DNA from: Mustelus asterias
Taxonomy: Eukaryota
DNA: 64,000 bases
Assembly (NCBI RefSeq): GCF_964213995.1
Contig: NW_027590142.1
Span: forward strand, 992,001-1,056,000
Reading direction: 5' to 3'
Part shown: positions 25,245-37,740 of the stretch, in pieces
Layout of the letters: every line of letters starts with the position of its first letter
How positions within the stretch are numbered: position 1 is the stretch's first letter
Program-made: the position numbers and the translations under genes
Notes under the pieces: model-generated
Told to the model about the DNA's origin: nothing
Seen by the model: only the letters and a program-made list of their open reading frames with translations
Databases searched by the model: none

Positions 25245-25555
25245 GGCATTAAGGACCCCATGCACTCTGGACATTCTCTCCTTCACCTTCTTCCTTCGGG
25301 AAAAAGATACAAAAGTCTGAGGTCACGTACCAACCGACTCAAGAATAGCTTCTTCCCTGCTGCTGTCAGACGTTTGAATGGACTTACCTTGCATTAAGCT
25401 GATCTTTCTCTGCACCCGAGCTATGACTGTAACACTGCATTCTGCACGCTCTCATTTCCTTCTCTATGAACGGTATGTTTTGTCTGTATAGAGCGCAACA
25501 ATACTTTTCACTGTATGTTAATACATGTGACAATAATAAATCAAATCAAATCAAA
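25245..25555 (+). mobile_element. Rex1/Babar LINE 3' fragment
   Basis: IKDPMHSGHSLLHLLPSGKRYKSLRSRTNRLKNSFFPAAVRRLN; (aatca)n tail. Confidence 0.85.
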
Positions 25556-25643
25556 GTCTTTATTGGATCAATATGTCTACAGCAGTCCCAATGAGTGTTG
25601 CAACATTTCAAAAGAGTCCCATTGGGTCCTACGGACGCCAGCA

Positions 25644-25716
25644 GTTTCTGTAGTGTAATGGTGGTTGCATTCACCTCACACACGGAAAATCCCTAGTTCA
25701 AAACCATGCCGAAATA
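25644..25716 (+). pseudogene. tRNA-Val(CAC) pseudogene, degenerate
   Basis: 73-nt colinear match to vertebrate tRNA-Val with many stem mismatches. Confidence 0.75.
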
Positions 25717-26744
25717 TTATTATAATTTGTTCATTAAGGTGAGGGAAGTTTACATGATTGAAATTTGTTGCTGAACATTATCCGAAACTCGATATTAAAG
25801 ACATGTTATCTTTGCTCTGACCTCGGCCTCAAAATCTTTCAGCAAAATCAGAGATCTTGTATTTTTATGACGCAATGAGAGGAAATAGATGTCCCTGTTT
25901 TGACACCGTGGACATATCAGCAACTCATTCAATCCACAACAGAATTGAATGGCTTTGTTGATGCAGACTAACAAAGTTAATCATCATCTGAACCATGTGT
26001 AATAGGATTGTGTGCTCCAAAAGGCAGACACAAGTGAAACTGTAACTGAATTGGAGGAAATGGCGCACATTGCGCGGAACCATTATTTAACATCGTTCTT
26101 CAGAGTAAAGAAATAGGGAAAACCACTCAGACAGTTGAGGAAATCGAGAATCAGTGCGGATCTACTGGACTTTCCTACAGCTGAACGGGATTAAGACGCC
26201 TGAGTGTTTCATACACAGAATAAAGAGGGATCAAGTATAACTAACAAATCATTCTTAAATCTATTCCCTTTAAATATATTTGATTTTGTTTAAAAGCTGA
26301 TTGTGGTCAATCTCAATTAAGTACCGTGACATGTGTATTACCCAGTGACCCGATTCCTTTTGTTGGTCAGCCATGTTTGCAATTCAATGTTGCCTATTTC
26401 GGAGATATTTCATTCAGAATGAGGAGATATGTAATGAATAAAAATATGTTAATATTAAACATTGAACAGCGAACAAATATTGGGTGGAACTGGTTGAAAT
26501 TATTCGATGGAAGATGAGAATGATGTATTAATGATTGAGCAGAAATCATTGCTCCCTTAGATATTTGCCGGACGACCGCTTTTAAAGGTTGAAGTTCAAG
26601 ATAAGTTGAGAAATCAGGTTGAAAGAAACGGTTTTTGTCTTGTATTGAGTGACATGGACTCTCAGTATAACCATTGGAGCCTGCAGCAACACAGTCGAGT
26701 TGAACATTGTGATCATGCCAATTGGTGGCACTATGCTGTCAATT

Positions 26745-26817
26745 GTTTCTGTAGTGTAGTGGTTGTCACGTTCGCCTCACACGCGAAAGGTCCCCGGTTC
26801 AAAACCGGGCAGAAGCA
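26745..26817 (+). tRNA. TRV-CAC: tRNA-Val(CAC), near-intact (probable pseudogene or variant)
   Basis: GTTTCTGTAGTGTAGTGGTTGTCACGTTCGCCTCACACGCGAAAGGTCCCCGGTTCAAAACCGGGCAGAAGCA; few differences from the canonical sequence; only TTT downstream. Confidence 0.85.
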
Positions 26818-27583
26818 TTTATTGAAATTATTCAGTGAGTATGAGGGAAGTTTTGCATGGTTTCAGTTGTTGCTGAACATGATCTGAATCTCAATGTTGC
26901 AGCCATGTTATCTTTGCTCTGACCTCGGCCTCAAATGCTCTCAGCAAAATCAGAAATGCTGTATTTTAAGACGCAATGATGAAATAAATGTTTGTACTTT
27001 GACACCGTGCGCATATTAGCAACTTGTTCAGTCCATAACAGAATTTAATGGATTTATAAATGCAGACTAACATAGTTAATCACCATCTGAAACAGGTGTA
27101 ATAGTACTGTGTGCTCATAAAGACAGACACAAGTGAAACTGTAACTGAACTCGAGGAAATGGCGCACATTTCCTGGAAACATATTTTTAAAATTGTTCTT
27201 CATAATAAAGAAATGGGAAAAAATCACTCAGGCAGATGAGTAAATCGAAACTCAAGTGTAGATCTGCTGGACTTTTCTATAGATGTATGGGATTTAGGCG
27301 CCAGAATGTTTCACACGCAGAATAAAGAGGGATGAAGTATAACCAGCAGATCATTATTAAATCTTTTCCCTTTAAAGATATTTGATATTGTTTAAAAGCT
27401 GACTGTCTCAAATAAGCACCATGGGATGTGTATTACCCAGTGACTCGATTTCTTTTATTGGTCAGTAATGTTTGCAATGCAATGTTGCATATTCCCGAGA
27501 TATTCAACTCAGAATGAAGATGTATGTATTAAATACATGTATTCATATTTAATATTGAATAACGAAACAAATATTGAGTAACT

Positions 27584-27622
27584 AGCCAACGTTTCGAGTT
27601 TGGATGACCCCTCATCAGGGCT
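27584..27622 (-). ncRNA. Minimal type I hammerhead ribozyme motif (PLE-associated)
   Basis: AGCC CUGAUGA G GGGU-caucCAA-ACUC GAAA CGUU GGCU: complete core, stems I and II, palindromic ACGU in place of stem III. Confidence 0.75.
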
Positions 27623-28920
27623 CAGGGCAAAGAAAATCAGACAAGATTTATATTATGAGGGTGGAAGGGGGGTGCTGTAATTGGACAAAGGGAATGAAAA
27701 GGAGAATGCAGAAGGCTGAGAGAGGTATGAAAAGTGTTAATCAGAACGGTAGAGCAGAGGTACAGATGGTTTGCCCTGAATGGAGGGGGGGTTGGTAGGG
27801 GTGGGGGAGGGGGGAGGGGGGAGGGGCGGTTGGTGGGAGGGAGGGGGCGGGTGCGGGCGAGAAGAAGAGCAGGAATGAAGAAGTTGAAAAATGGAAGTGA
27901 GAAAGAAGTACGATGAAGTGGAGGAATGAGATGAAAAGAAGAAACAAAATGAAATAAAATAAATGGAAATGGGGTGAAGGTGGAGGGGAGAAACATGGTC
28001 TGAAGTTCTTGAACACAATGTTCAGTCTGGAAGGCTGTAAAGTGCCCAATCGGAAGATGAGGTTCTGTTCCTCCAATTTGCATTGGGGTTCACTAGAACA
28101 TTGGAAAAGGCCAAGGACGGACATGTGGGCAGGAGAGCAGGGTGGCGTGTTGAAGGGGCAAGTGACAGGAAGCTCTGGATCCTGCTTGCGGATGGAGTGA
28201 AGGTGTTCAACAAAGCAGTCATCCAATTTGTGTTTGGTCTCTCCAATGTAGAGTAGACTGGATTGGGAGCAGCGAATTGAATAGACCAGGTTGAAGCAGG
28301 TGCATGTGAAGCACTGCTTCACCTGAAAGGGTGTTCAGGACCCGGGAGGTGAACAGGGAGGAGGTAAATTGGCAGATGTTGCACCTTCTACTATTGCATA
28401 GGAAGGTGCCATGGGTAGGGGATAGGATGTTGGGTGGGATGCAGGAGTGGACCAGGGTATCCCAGAGAGGATGATGCCTGTGGAATGCTGATGGTGGAGT
28501 GGGGGGGGGGGGGGCTTAAAGGGAAGATGTGTTGGGTAGTGGCATCATGCTGGAATTGGCAGCAATGGCAGAGGATGATCCTTTGAATGCGGAGGCTGGT
28601 TGGGTGAAAAGTGAAGACAAGGGGAACCCTGTCCTGGTTCTGGGAGGGAGGGGAGGGAGTGAGAGCAGTGGCTGGGGGATGGGTCGGACATGGTCAAGAG
28701 CCCTGTCAACAACAGTGGGTGGAAAACCTCAACGGTTGAAGAAGAAAGACATATCTGCAACGCTATTTAGGAAAGTGGCATCATCAGAACAGATGCGGCG
28801 GAGGCGAAAGAATGAAGAGAATGGGATGGAGTCCTTTCAGGATGTGGGGTGAAGAACTGCAGTCAAGATAGTTGTGGGAGTTGGTGGGCTTGTAATAGAT
28901 ACTGGTGGATAGTCTAACCA
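27584..28920 (-). mobile_element. Penelope-like element (Neptune type) 3' part with GIY-YIG endonuclease and terminal hammerhead
   Basis: FTCTCFNLVYSIRCSQSSLLYIGETK...EHL...KLEEQNLIFRLGTLQPSRLN; hammerhead at 27584-27622. Confidence 0.9.
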
Positions 28921-28991
28921 TGAGAACCTGCAGCAACACAGCAGAGTTGAACCTTGCAGACAAGTCGATTGGCTACACCGAACTGCTGGTA

Positions 28992-29064
28992 GTTTCTGTA
29001 GTGTAGTGGTTATCATGTTTGCCTAATGCGTGAGAAGTCCCTGGTTCAAAACCAGCTAGAAACT
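28992..29064 (+). pseudogene. tRNA-Val(AAC)-derived pseudogene (anticodon reads AAT)
   Basis: GTTTCTGTAGTGTAGTGGTTATCATGTTTGCCTAATGCG...GGTTCAAAACC. Confidence 0.75.
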
Positions 29065-29897
29065 TTAGCATTTCAGGAAGTATGCATGATTTTGGTTATT
29101 TGCTGAACATTATCCAATTCTCGATGTTGCCATATTATGTTTTGACCTCGGTCTCAAATGCTTTCAGGAAAATCAGAAATGCTGCATTTTTAGATGCAGT
29201 TGCAGGAAAGAGACGTTTGTATTTTGACACCGTGCATATATTAGCAACTTGTTCGATCCATGGGTTTATAGATGTAGACCAACATAGTTAATCACCATCT
29301 GAAACATGTCTAATAGTAGTGTGTGCTCATAAAGACAGACACAAGTGATACTGTGACTGAACTAGAGGAATTGGTGCACATTGCACAGAAACATCTTTTT
29401 AAAATCGGTTTTCATAATAAAGATACAGGGAAAACCATTCATGCTGATGAGGAAATCGAGGCTCAGTGCAGATCTACTGGACTTTCCTATAGATGAATGG
29501 GATTTAGGCACCAGAATATTTCACACCCAGAATAAACTAACTGGTCATTCTTAAATCTCTTCCCATTAAACATATTTGATTTTGTTTATAAACTGATTGT
29601 GGTCAATCTCAAATGAGCATCATGGGGTGTGCATTAACCAGTGACTCGATCTGTTTCGTTGGTCAGTCATATTTGCAATTCAATGCTGCATATGTCAGAG
29701 ATATTCAATTCAGAATCAGGAGATGCATAATAAATAAATGTATCGATGTTAAATGTTGAATAATGAAACAAATACCTGGTAAAATAGATTGAGAATGTGC
29801 ATTTGCCACAGTGGTTCATTTTCAGTTTTTGTTTCAGATTCCAGCATTCACAGATTTTTGCTTTTATTTTTTCGCTCTGACCTGAACCTCAAAATTC

Positions 29898-30412
29898 ATG
29901 ATGTGGAGATGATGTCTCCACATCATGACTACCATCGACACCGCAAACTGCCGGCTCCAAGTGGAGAGGATCGCCAAGAAGATCGCGCATATCGACACAG
30001 ACATCAAGTTTCTACAAAGATGCAAGAAAGCAGACAAGATACCGAAAGGACTACAGATCACGAACCCACTCAGGTCAACCTATAACACAGACTACGCTGA
30101 GAGACTTTGCCGTCGCACCTCTCTCACCCTCCTCAACCACCTCATACACCAACTCTACAGCAAACGCCGCAGCCTGGAAACCAAGATCGAATCCATATTC
30201 TCAACTTGCGCTCAGGACGCAGACCAGCTGCGAAACTCTGCTAAGCAGACGAGACAAAGGAACTACACCATCTACATGCACACCAAAAACAGGAAACTTG
30301 AGAAACTCGGCATCACCACCAGCAGCAACCAAGCCTCCCCCGGTACCACAGTAGAAAACAGTACCACTGCAGGGAAGTCCATTGTCAACTTGTCCGACTA
30401 CACACTTCAACC
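29898..30412 (+). mobile_element. Penelope-like element ORF 5' fragment preceded by a short fold-back
   Basis: pLTR end tctccacatc fused to ATG at 29925; FLQRCKKADKIPKGL, KNRKLEKL and SIVNLSDYTL are typical of PLE N-termini. Confidence 0.8.
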
Positions 30413-30809
30413 CCCCTCAAAATTCATTCAGGGCGATCGGAAATACTGGATTTTCATGAGAAGAAAAAGATGATGTGTGGGAGGAAACAGGAACACCTGG
30501 AAAACGTGCAGACTCCGCACAGTCACCCCAAGCCGAGAAACGAACCTGAGTCCCTGGTGCTGTAATGGCTGTCCAAAGAGAGAATGCGACAGCCATTCGC
30601 AGTATTTTCCCCTGGTTTCTGTGGCTATAGCTCATCTTTCATTCCCTCACCCTGCAGTATAAATATCTCCCACTTTCTATGTCTTTTTGCTTTGACAAAA
30701 GGTAATCTGGACTCAATATTGCAAATATCTCTGACATTAAGTGACGTCCATCTTTGTGCGGGGCACATGTGCTCCATTTGGACAGAAGGTGGAGAGTTGG
30801 AACAGATGC

Positions 30810-30994
30810 GCCCCTGACAAAGATGGCGTCGATGTGGGGGCGGGACTTTAGGCGGTGCCCGCAGAACGCTCAGGCGGTTGGGCTCGCACATGCGCATTGC
30901 AGCGGGAGTGTTTTGTTGACGGAAGCGCGCGGCTTCTTCTCTTGATCGGAATCAGATTTGAAAGGGGGGACGGTTAACGATCGGCGGCGTTGTC
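30810..30994 (+). promoter_or_regulatory. CpG-island promoter of the EMC4 copy
   Basis: YY1-like AAGATGGCG, GC box GGGGCGGG, NRF1-like CGCACATGCGCA, ETS CGGAAG. Confidence 0.6.
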
Positions 30995-32172
30995 ATGGCT
31001 GCAGGGGTGGGACTTGTCAACCGCGCGCGCTGGCACAAGCGGACCCTAAGCGGCACCAGCAGGTGCGGAGGCCGCGCGGGGAGCCGGGGTCTCGAGTAAG
31101 CGGCAAGCCGGGTCAGCCCGCCTCTCTCGAGGGGACGCCACCGCACACTGACCCGGGGACGTGGCACCAACCCAAAACTTCCCAACCCCGGGTTTTTCAC
31201 GCCTCTTTTACCCCTCACCGAGCTCCTCAGCACAAAGCAGCCCCTCAAATCCTCCAGAAACCACTCAGACCCCACTTGGCATCTTTTCCCCAGGTCATGA
31301 CCCTGAGATGCCCTTTTGGTTTCAGCCCCTCCACCTGATCAGGTGCCAACTGTGGTGGTGGTTGGAGGAACGATTGCTCGTTTCCAGGGCCGGCTGCTGA
31401 ACTGGATCTCTCTCAATGTCCCGCAGTGTTTGTTTTCAAGATACAATTTGGTACATCTGGTGATTTGTCGCTTTGTCCCTAAATGGAGGGCAAGTGGATT
31501 GGCACCCTGATTATCAATTGACACTCATCCACTTCTGCCATCCTCCATTCCCGTGGCAGTTCAGTGGACACAACGGCAGTGGGTGTCTGAGGTTTGCCTA
31601 AGCTTTAGTTCATGCTGGCACTATTGCCACCACGTTGGGGTCCTCAACAGAGAGACTCCCTCTTTAAAGAAGGTCTTGAAAGGGTGACCAATTTGTGTTT
31701 TCTGTTTCTCATAGGAGCCGTGGTCAACAGTGTGGCTAGAGAGACTCCATGTACCCAGTCGCATATTCAGACAAACAGCTACCGGACATCAGCGTCCAAG
31801 AAACAGACCGGATCCTGGTTGAGAAAGTAAGTTGGATTTGAATGTGCCTTTAGTGTGTGACTGACAATGCCCCTGGTTTGTCCACGGTGGTGAAGTACCT
31901 TGGTGAACCACAGCAGCCTGTGTGATAAAGGGTTAATCATCATCCTTACTTCCAGGCCTGGGTATAAGATCAGCATATGGCCTCCCCTAACCGGCCCCCT
32001 TTACTGATACCCTGCTCACTTTCTGTTTTCATCGCCTTGGGCCCATTGAAACAGCTGCCCATGAATCTGTTCATCATGTACATGGCTGGCAACACCAGCT
32101 CCATCCTCCCTATCATGATGGTGTGCATGATGGCCTGGAGACCCATACAGACACTGATGTCCATGTCAGCAA
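30995..32172 (+). pseudogene. EMC4: Unprocessed, truncated EMC4 (TMEM85) pseudogene: exons 30995-31062, 31715-31826, ~32031-32172
   Basis: [25 protein letters not shown] and [22 protein letters not shown]...[12 protein letters not shown] match EMC4; TAG at 31737-31739; exon-3 acceptor and RCWD codons deleted; later exons not seen. Confidence 0.93.
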
Positions 32173-33149
32173 GTGAGTATTGTATTGAATCTACAGCTCA
32201 GAAACAGCTCTGAACCGGCATCACTTGAGCAGCTTAGAATAGAGTTCTGGGAGTTGGGTAATTAAGGGAGTCAGGGAAGGAAGGAAAAGAGGTGCTGTTG
32301 TGCTTTCTCACTTTCCCAGCCTTTAGGAAGTGATCTTACTCTTCCACAGGAGAAGAAGCTAGATTTTTGGTGAGTATCTGCTAAGTGACTAAGATTTATT
32401 CTGTTCCTAAGGATCAAAATAGTATAGCAACAGGTGGTAAGGTTAATAAACTACTTAAAAACAAAAATAAATTATCATTGGATAAAAGAAACAGTTTATT
32501 AGTACACATTCAAGCTGCAGCATTTGAGAGTTCCTGGGTGTCAGTTTGATCCAGGGCAAACAGGCATAGAGGTTTACAGCATGGAAACAGACAGAAAAAA
32601 AACAGCCAGGAAACAGACCAATGAAATTTTTTAAAAATTTAAAATTGACAAACAGAAATCATCATCATCATCGAACTCATTCTGAGTAAATATTCTCACC
32701 AGGTCCTCTGTTGGGGTCCTGCTAAGCAGCTTTAATGGTCGGTGATTGCAGAAACTGAGCAGTCACAGGAATGTGGTCAAGATAGTCCAGTCCCATAATG
32801 CCTCACATTCAATCTGCAGTCCTTCAATTATAACAGAATATGTGGCTGTATGTAGTAGCCTCGGCCATGGTCAACCCCAACACTGCCTTCTTGAACTGCT
32901 GCAATGCCTGAGATGTAAGTACGCTCATAGTGCTGTTGGGGAGGGATTTCCAGCTACACATTCCAAACTTTCACGAGATTATAGGTGGATACCAGATTTA
33001 TATATTCCATTCAACCACTCCCAAGGTGAGTTATTCCAATTCCTTTATTGTCCAGGACAATATATTCACAATATCTTTAAAACAGAAATTAAACATTCCC
33101 ATTTGATTTCAGGTATTAACATATTCTGTTAGTTTGTTCTTTATTGTCG

Positions 33150-33436
33150 ATATCAGGCTGGGGTTGTTCCTCTTGGAGCAAAGGAGGTTGAGGGGAGATT
33201 TGATAGAGGTGGACAAGATTCTGACAGGTTTAGATAAGATGGACAAAGAAAAGCTGTTCCCATTAGCTGATGGGACAAGGACGAGGGGATTTATGGTTTT
33301 GGGCCAGAGATGCAGGGGGGATGTGAGGAAGAATATTCTGATGCAGCGAATGGTAATGACCTGGAACTCGCTGCCTACGAGGGTGGAGGAAGTGGAGTCA
33401 ATAAACAATTACAAAGGAAATTGGATGGACATTTGA
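33150..33436 (+). mobile_element. CR1 fragment
   Basis: LGLFLLEQRRLRGDLIEV...WNSLP. Confidence 0.8.
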
Positions 33437-33690
33437 GGGGGTTTCAAACAGAAATAGTGACTCTTAACTTCCTAACACCCTGTCGCTCTGTGATCCGTGT
33501 GAAATTTAAAACCGGGTATTCGCAACAAGACTCAAAGACCATCAGTCCACTGGAAGTAAAGTCATGAGACCGGCCAGTCCAGCAGAAAGAAACCCTCCGA
33601 CCCTCCCCATTGACCAACTGTGAGAATGAACAAAATGTCCTGGATGTAATTGAGAGCAGAAACAATAACAGCAGAATCCAACCCCGAGAA

Positions 33691-34533
33691 TCACTCGTGA
33701 ACTCGTTGGTGTCTCAGCAGAGCGGATGAAAGACTGAATCTCTTCTCACACACAGAGCAGGTGAACGGCCTCTCCCCAGTGTGAACTCGCTGGTGTGTCC
33801 GCAGGTTGGATAATCGAGTGAATCCCTTCTCACACTGAGAGCAGGTGAATGGCCTCTCCCCAGTGTGAACTCGCTGGTGTCTCAGCAGGCTGGATGAATC
33901 ACAGAATCCCTTCCCACACTGAGAACAGATGAACTGCCTCTCCCCAGTGTGAACTCGCCGGTGTCTCTGCAGGTGGGATGACCGAGTGAATCCCTTCCCA
34001 CACTGAGAGCAGGTGAACGGCCTCTCCCCAGTATGAACGCATGCATGTGCCCGCAGGTCAGATGACCAAGTGAATCCCTCCCCACACTGAGAGCAGGTGA
34101 ATGGTCTCTCCCCAGTATGAACTCGCTGGTGTGTCCGCAGGTCGGATGACCGAGTGAATCCCTTCCCACACACACTGCAAGTGAATGGCCTCTCCCCAGT
34201 GTGAAATCGCTGGTGAGTGCGCAAGGTGGATAAATGACTGAATCCCTCCCCACACTGAGAGCAGGTGAACGGCCTCTCCCCAGTGTGAACTCGCTCGTGT
34301 GACCGCAGGTCGGATGACCGAGTGAATCCCTTCCCACACTGAGAACACGTGAATGGTCTCTCCCCAGTGTGAACTCGCTGGTGTGACTGCAGGCTGAATG
34401 ACTGAGTGAATCCCTCCCCACACTGAGAGCAGGTGAACGGTCTCTCCCCAGTGTGGCTGCGCCGATGAGCTTCCAGCTCTGATGGGTATCTGTATCTCTT
34501 CCCACAGTTCCCACATTTCCATGGTTTCTCCAT
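33691..34533 (-). CDS. C2H2 zinc-finger protein, 10 fingers, 280 aa from MEKPW
   Basis: Open frame of tandem CxxC-HxxxH fingers with TGERPF linkers; last-exon acceptor ~34885. Confidence 0.88.
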   Translation of the reverse strand: MEKPWKCGNCGKRYRYPSELEAHRRSHTGERPFTCSQCGEGFTQSFSLQSHQRVHTGERPFTCSQCGKGFTRSSDLRSHERVHTGERPFTCSQCGEGFSHLSTLRTHQRFHTGERPFTCSVCGKGFTRSSDLRTHQRVHTGERPFTCSQCGEGFTWSSDLRAHACVHTGERPFTCSQCGKGFTRSSHLQRHRRVHTGERQFICSQCGKGFCDSSSLLRHQRVHTGERPFTCSQCEKGFTRLSNLRTHQRVHTGERPFTCSVCEKRFSLSSALLRHQRVHE

Positions 34534-36494
34534 GGTGCAGGTGTCCTTGCCTCTCTCTTGGGTGGACAATCAGTTGAAGCCTCGTCCACACACAGAACAC
34601 GGGTACAGTCTCTACCCGCTGTGAATGGTGTGATATTTATTCAGGCTGTGTAACTGGTTAAAGCTCTTTAGTCAGTGCACTGGAACACTCTCACTCGAGT
34701 GTGGCCGTGTGTCGGTGCTTTTCCAGTCACACTGACATTTCAAATCTTTGCAAATCAAGAGACCAGACAATAATTTCTCCTTCTGGATTCAAAGGCCGAT
34801 GATATTCAACTCCCATGGAATATGACTCTGTCAGATCTGACGTGACGTTTGAGATTTCGGCCTGTGATTCCTCTTTCAATATCCTGCAAAACAAGTTTAC
34901 AAAAGTCATCAGTGTCAGTACAGGATAGAAATTCAGAACAGACAATTCTAGTTTCTATGGAACATTCTTTCCTATTTCAGTCCCAAAAAGCTGTGAATCT
35001 CCATCCCACACACTCTCCCTCCATTCTCACCCTGCTGTATCTAATATTCACCCTCCCAATCTCCTGAAGGTGCTGATTGAGGCTGATTGACAGATCCATG
35101 CTCACTGCTTCCTGTCCTGGACACAGAGACCATAACAAATAGGAGCTGCAGTCGGCCATTTGGCCCATCGAGCCTTTTAAACAATTCAATGAGATAATTC
35201 GTTCATCTACCTCAGCATCATTCTCCCCACACTAAACCCATATCCCTTGATATCTTCAATATCTAGAAACCAATCAATCTCTCTCTTGAAAATAGTTGAT
35301 GACTGAGGCTTCACTGTCCTCAGGGGTTGAGAATTCCAAAGCTTTACCACATCCTTGAGTGAAGAAATCCCCCCACGTATTAGCTTTTGCTCCATCTTCT
35401 TGTCTGTTCCCCATAACCCTTGACACCGTTGTCAGTCAAAGATCTGTCTAACTGGAATATATTCAATGATCCTCAGCATCCACTGGTCCCTGTGGAAGAG
35501 GAATCCAAAAGACTAACAACCCTCTGAGGGAAGAGATGTCTGGAAGTATATAACGTAGCTACAGTTCCATATTACAAGATATTCAGATCCCAAGGAATAT
35601 GACTCTGTCCAGACGTGGCGGTTGAGATCTTTGCCTGTGATTCCTCATTGAAAATCCTGTGAAATGAGTTTGCAAAAGTCATCACAGTCAGTATAGGATA
35701 GAAATTCAGAGCAGACAATTCTAGTTTCTATGGAACATTCTTTTCTATTTCATTCTCAAAAAGTTGTAAATCTCCATCCCTATCTATGGATTCCATTTAA
35801 AAATGAAAGTGGTTGGGCACTTGAAGGAAATAAACTTTCAGGAGAATGGGGATATAGAGTGGGAATGGGACTGGAATGTCATACAGAGAGTCAGCATGGA
35901 CTCGAGTTACCAAATGGATTCCTTCTGTGCTGTAATGACTTTATGACTGGAAATGTATAACATCGCTACAGTATTATATTACAATGCAAGAAATAATAAA
36001 TGTATTTTATTACAGAAACATAAATAATATATCTAATCTGGGTACCATATAATAACACTAGACATATCTCTGTCCTGTATTAATTTACTGTCCCCTTAAA
36101 TATCAGCCATCTCCTGCCCTTTAATTGTGAACATTTGGAAAGAGACCGTCCTTTTAGACAGAAAGAAGATTAACGTTTCAGGGTGGGCAGAATGAATTAC
36201 AGGGAATAAAAATGTATCAGATTTTGTTGGTCAATATAAGCTCAGAAGTGGAAGGGAAATGATCTCCAGTGGAAGAGAAACAGTTCCTGAACATTGTAAG
36301 ACTAAGCTGGTAAATCAGCAGTGAATAGAGTTGTGAAGTGGTAAAAACCTCATCAAGACATAGCTTGCGGAAATAATAGTTAAAATACACCCATTATTAG
36401 AGGCAGAGGAAGGTAGACAATGGCAAAGAGCTGATCAGGGAGGGCAGAGGTGAAACACAGAAATGGATGGCCGTTTAAAAATTCATAAAAAGCA

Positions 36495-37740
36495 TGGTTA
36501 ACAAGTTTGCAGACAATACTAAATTAGGAGGTATCGCTGATAGTGAAGAAGGTTATCAAAAATTACAGGGGGATCTTGATCAGTTGATCGGTTAGGGAAG
36601 TGGGCCGCTGATTGGCAAATGGATTTCAGTACAGATAATACAGAGTACAGAGGCACAACCTCAGGCTAAAGGGACAATCCTTTAAAACAGAGATAAGGAG
36701 GAATTTCTTCAGCCAGAGAGTGGTGAATTTGTGCAACTCTTTGCTGCAGAAGGCTGTGGAGGCCGGGTCATTGACTGTCTTTAAGACAGAGATAGATAGG
36801 TTCTTGATTAATAAGGGGATCTGGGGTTATGGGGAAAAGGCAGGAAAACAGGAGTGAGAAAAATATCAGCCATGATTGAATGGCGGAGCAGACTCAATGG
36901 GCCAAGTGGCCTAATTCTGCTCCTATGTCTTATGGTCTTAAGTGTGAGTGTTGCATTTTGGAAAGTCAAACCAGGGTAGGACGTGTACAGTGAATGGTCA
37001 GGCCCTGGGGAGTGTTGAGGAACAGAGGAACCCAGGAGTACAAGTATATAGTTCATTGAAAGTGGCGTCACAGGTAGACAGAGTGGTGAAGAAGGCATTT
37101 ATCACACTGGCCTTCATCAGTCAGGGCACTGAGTATAGGAGTTGGGGCATTCTGTTATAGTTGTATGAGTCGTTGGTGAGGCTGTACTTGGAGTATTGTT
37201 TACAGTTTTGTAATCCTGTTATAGGAAAGACATTCATAAACTGGAAAGAGTGCAAAGAAGATTTATGAGGTTGTTGCCGGGACTAGTGGGTCTGAGTGAT
37301 CACGAGAGGTTGGACAGGCTAGGGCTTTATTCCTTTGAACGTAGGAGAATATGGGGGTGACCATATTGAGGTGTATTAAATAATGAGGGGCATAGATAGG
37401 ATGAACCCACATTGTCTTTTTGCCAGGGGAGGGGAATTGAAAACTAGAGGGCATGGGTTTAAGATGAGAGGGGAAAGATTAAAAGGGACCTGAGGGGCAA
37501 CTTCTTCATGCAGAGGGTGGTGTGTACATGGACTGAGCTGCCAGAGAAAGTGGTTGAGGCAGGTTCAAACAGGAGGTTTAAACATTTAAAAATCATTTGG
37601 ATAAGTACATGAATTGGAAAGGATAAGAGGGATATGAGCCAAACATGGGCAATTGGGACTAGCTGGGAGGGCACCATGGTTGGCATGGATCAGTTGGGCC
37701 AAAGGGCCTGTTTCTGTGCTGTATTGCTCTATGACTCTGT
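36495..37740 (+). mobile_element. Nested CR1-type LINE fragments
   Basis: FADNTK-like, LHFGKSNQGR and VDRVVKKAF peptides; two 3' tails. Confidence 0.8.
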
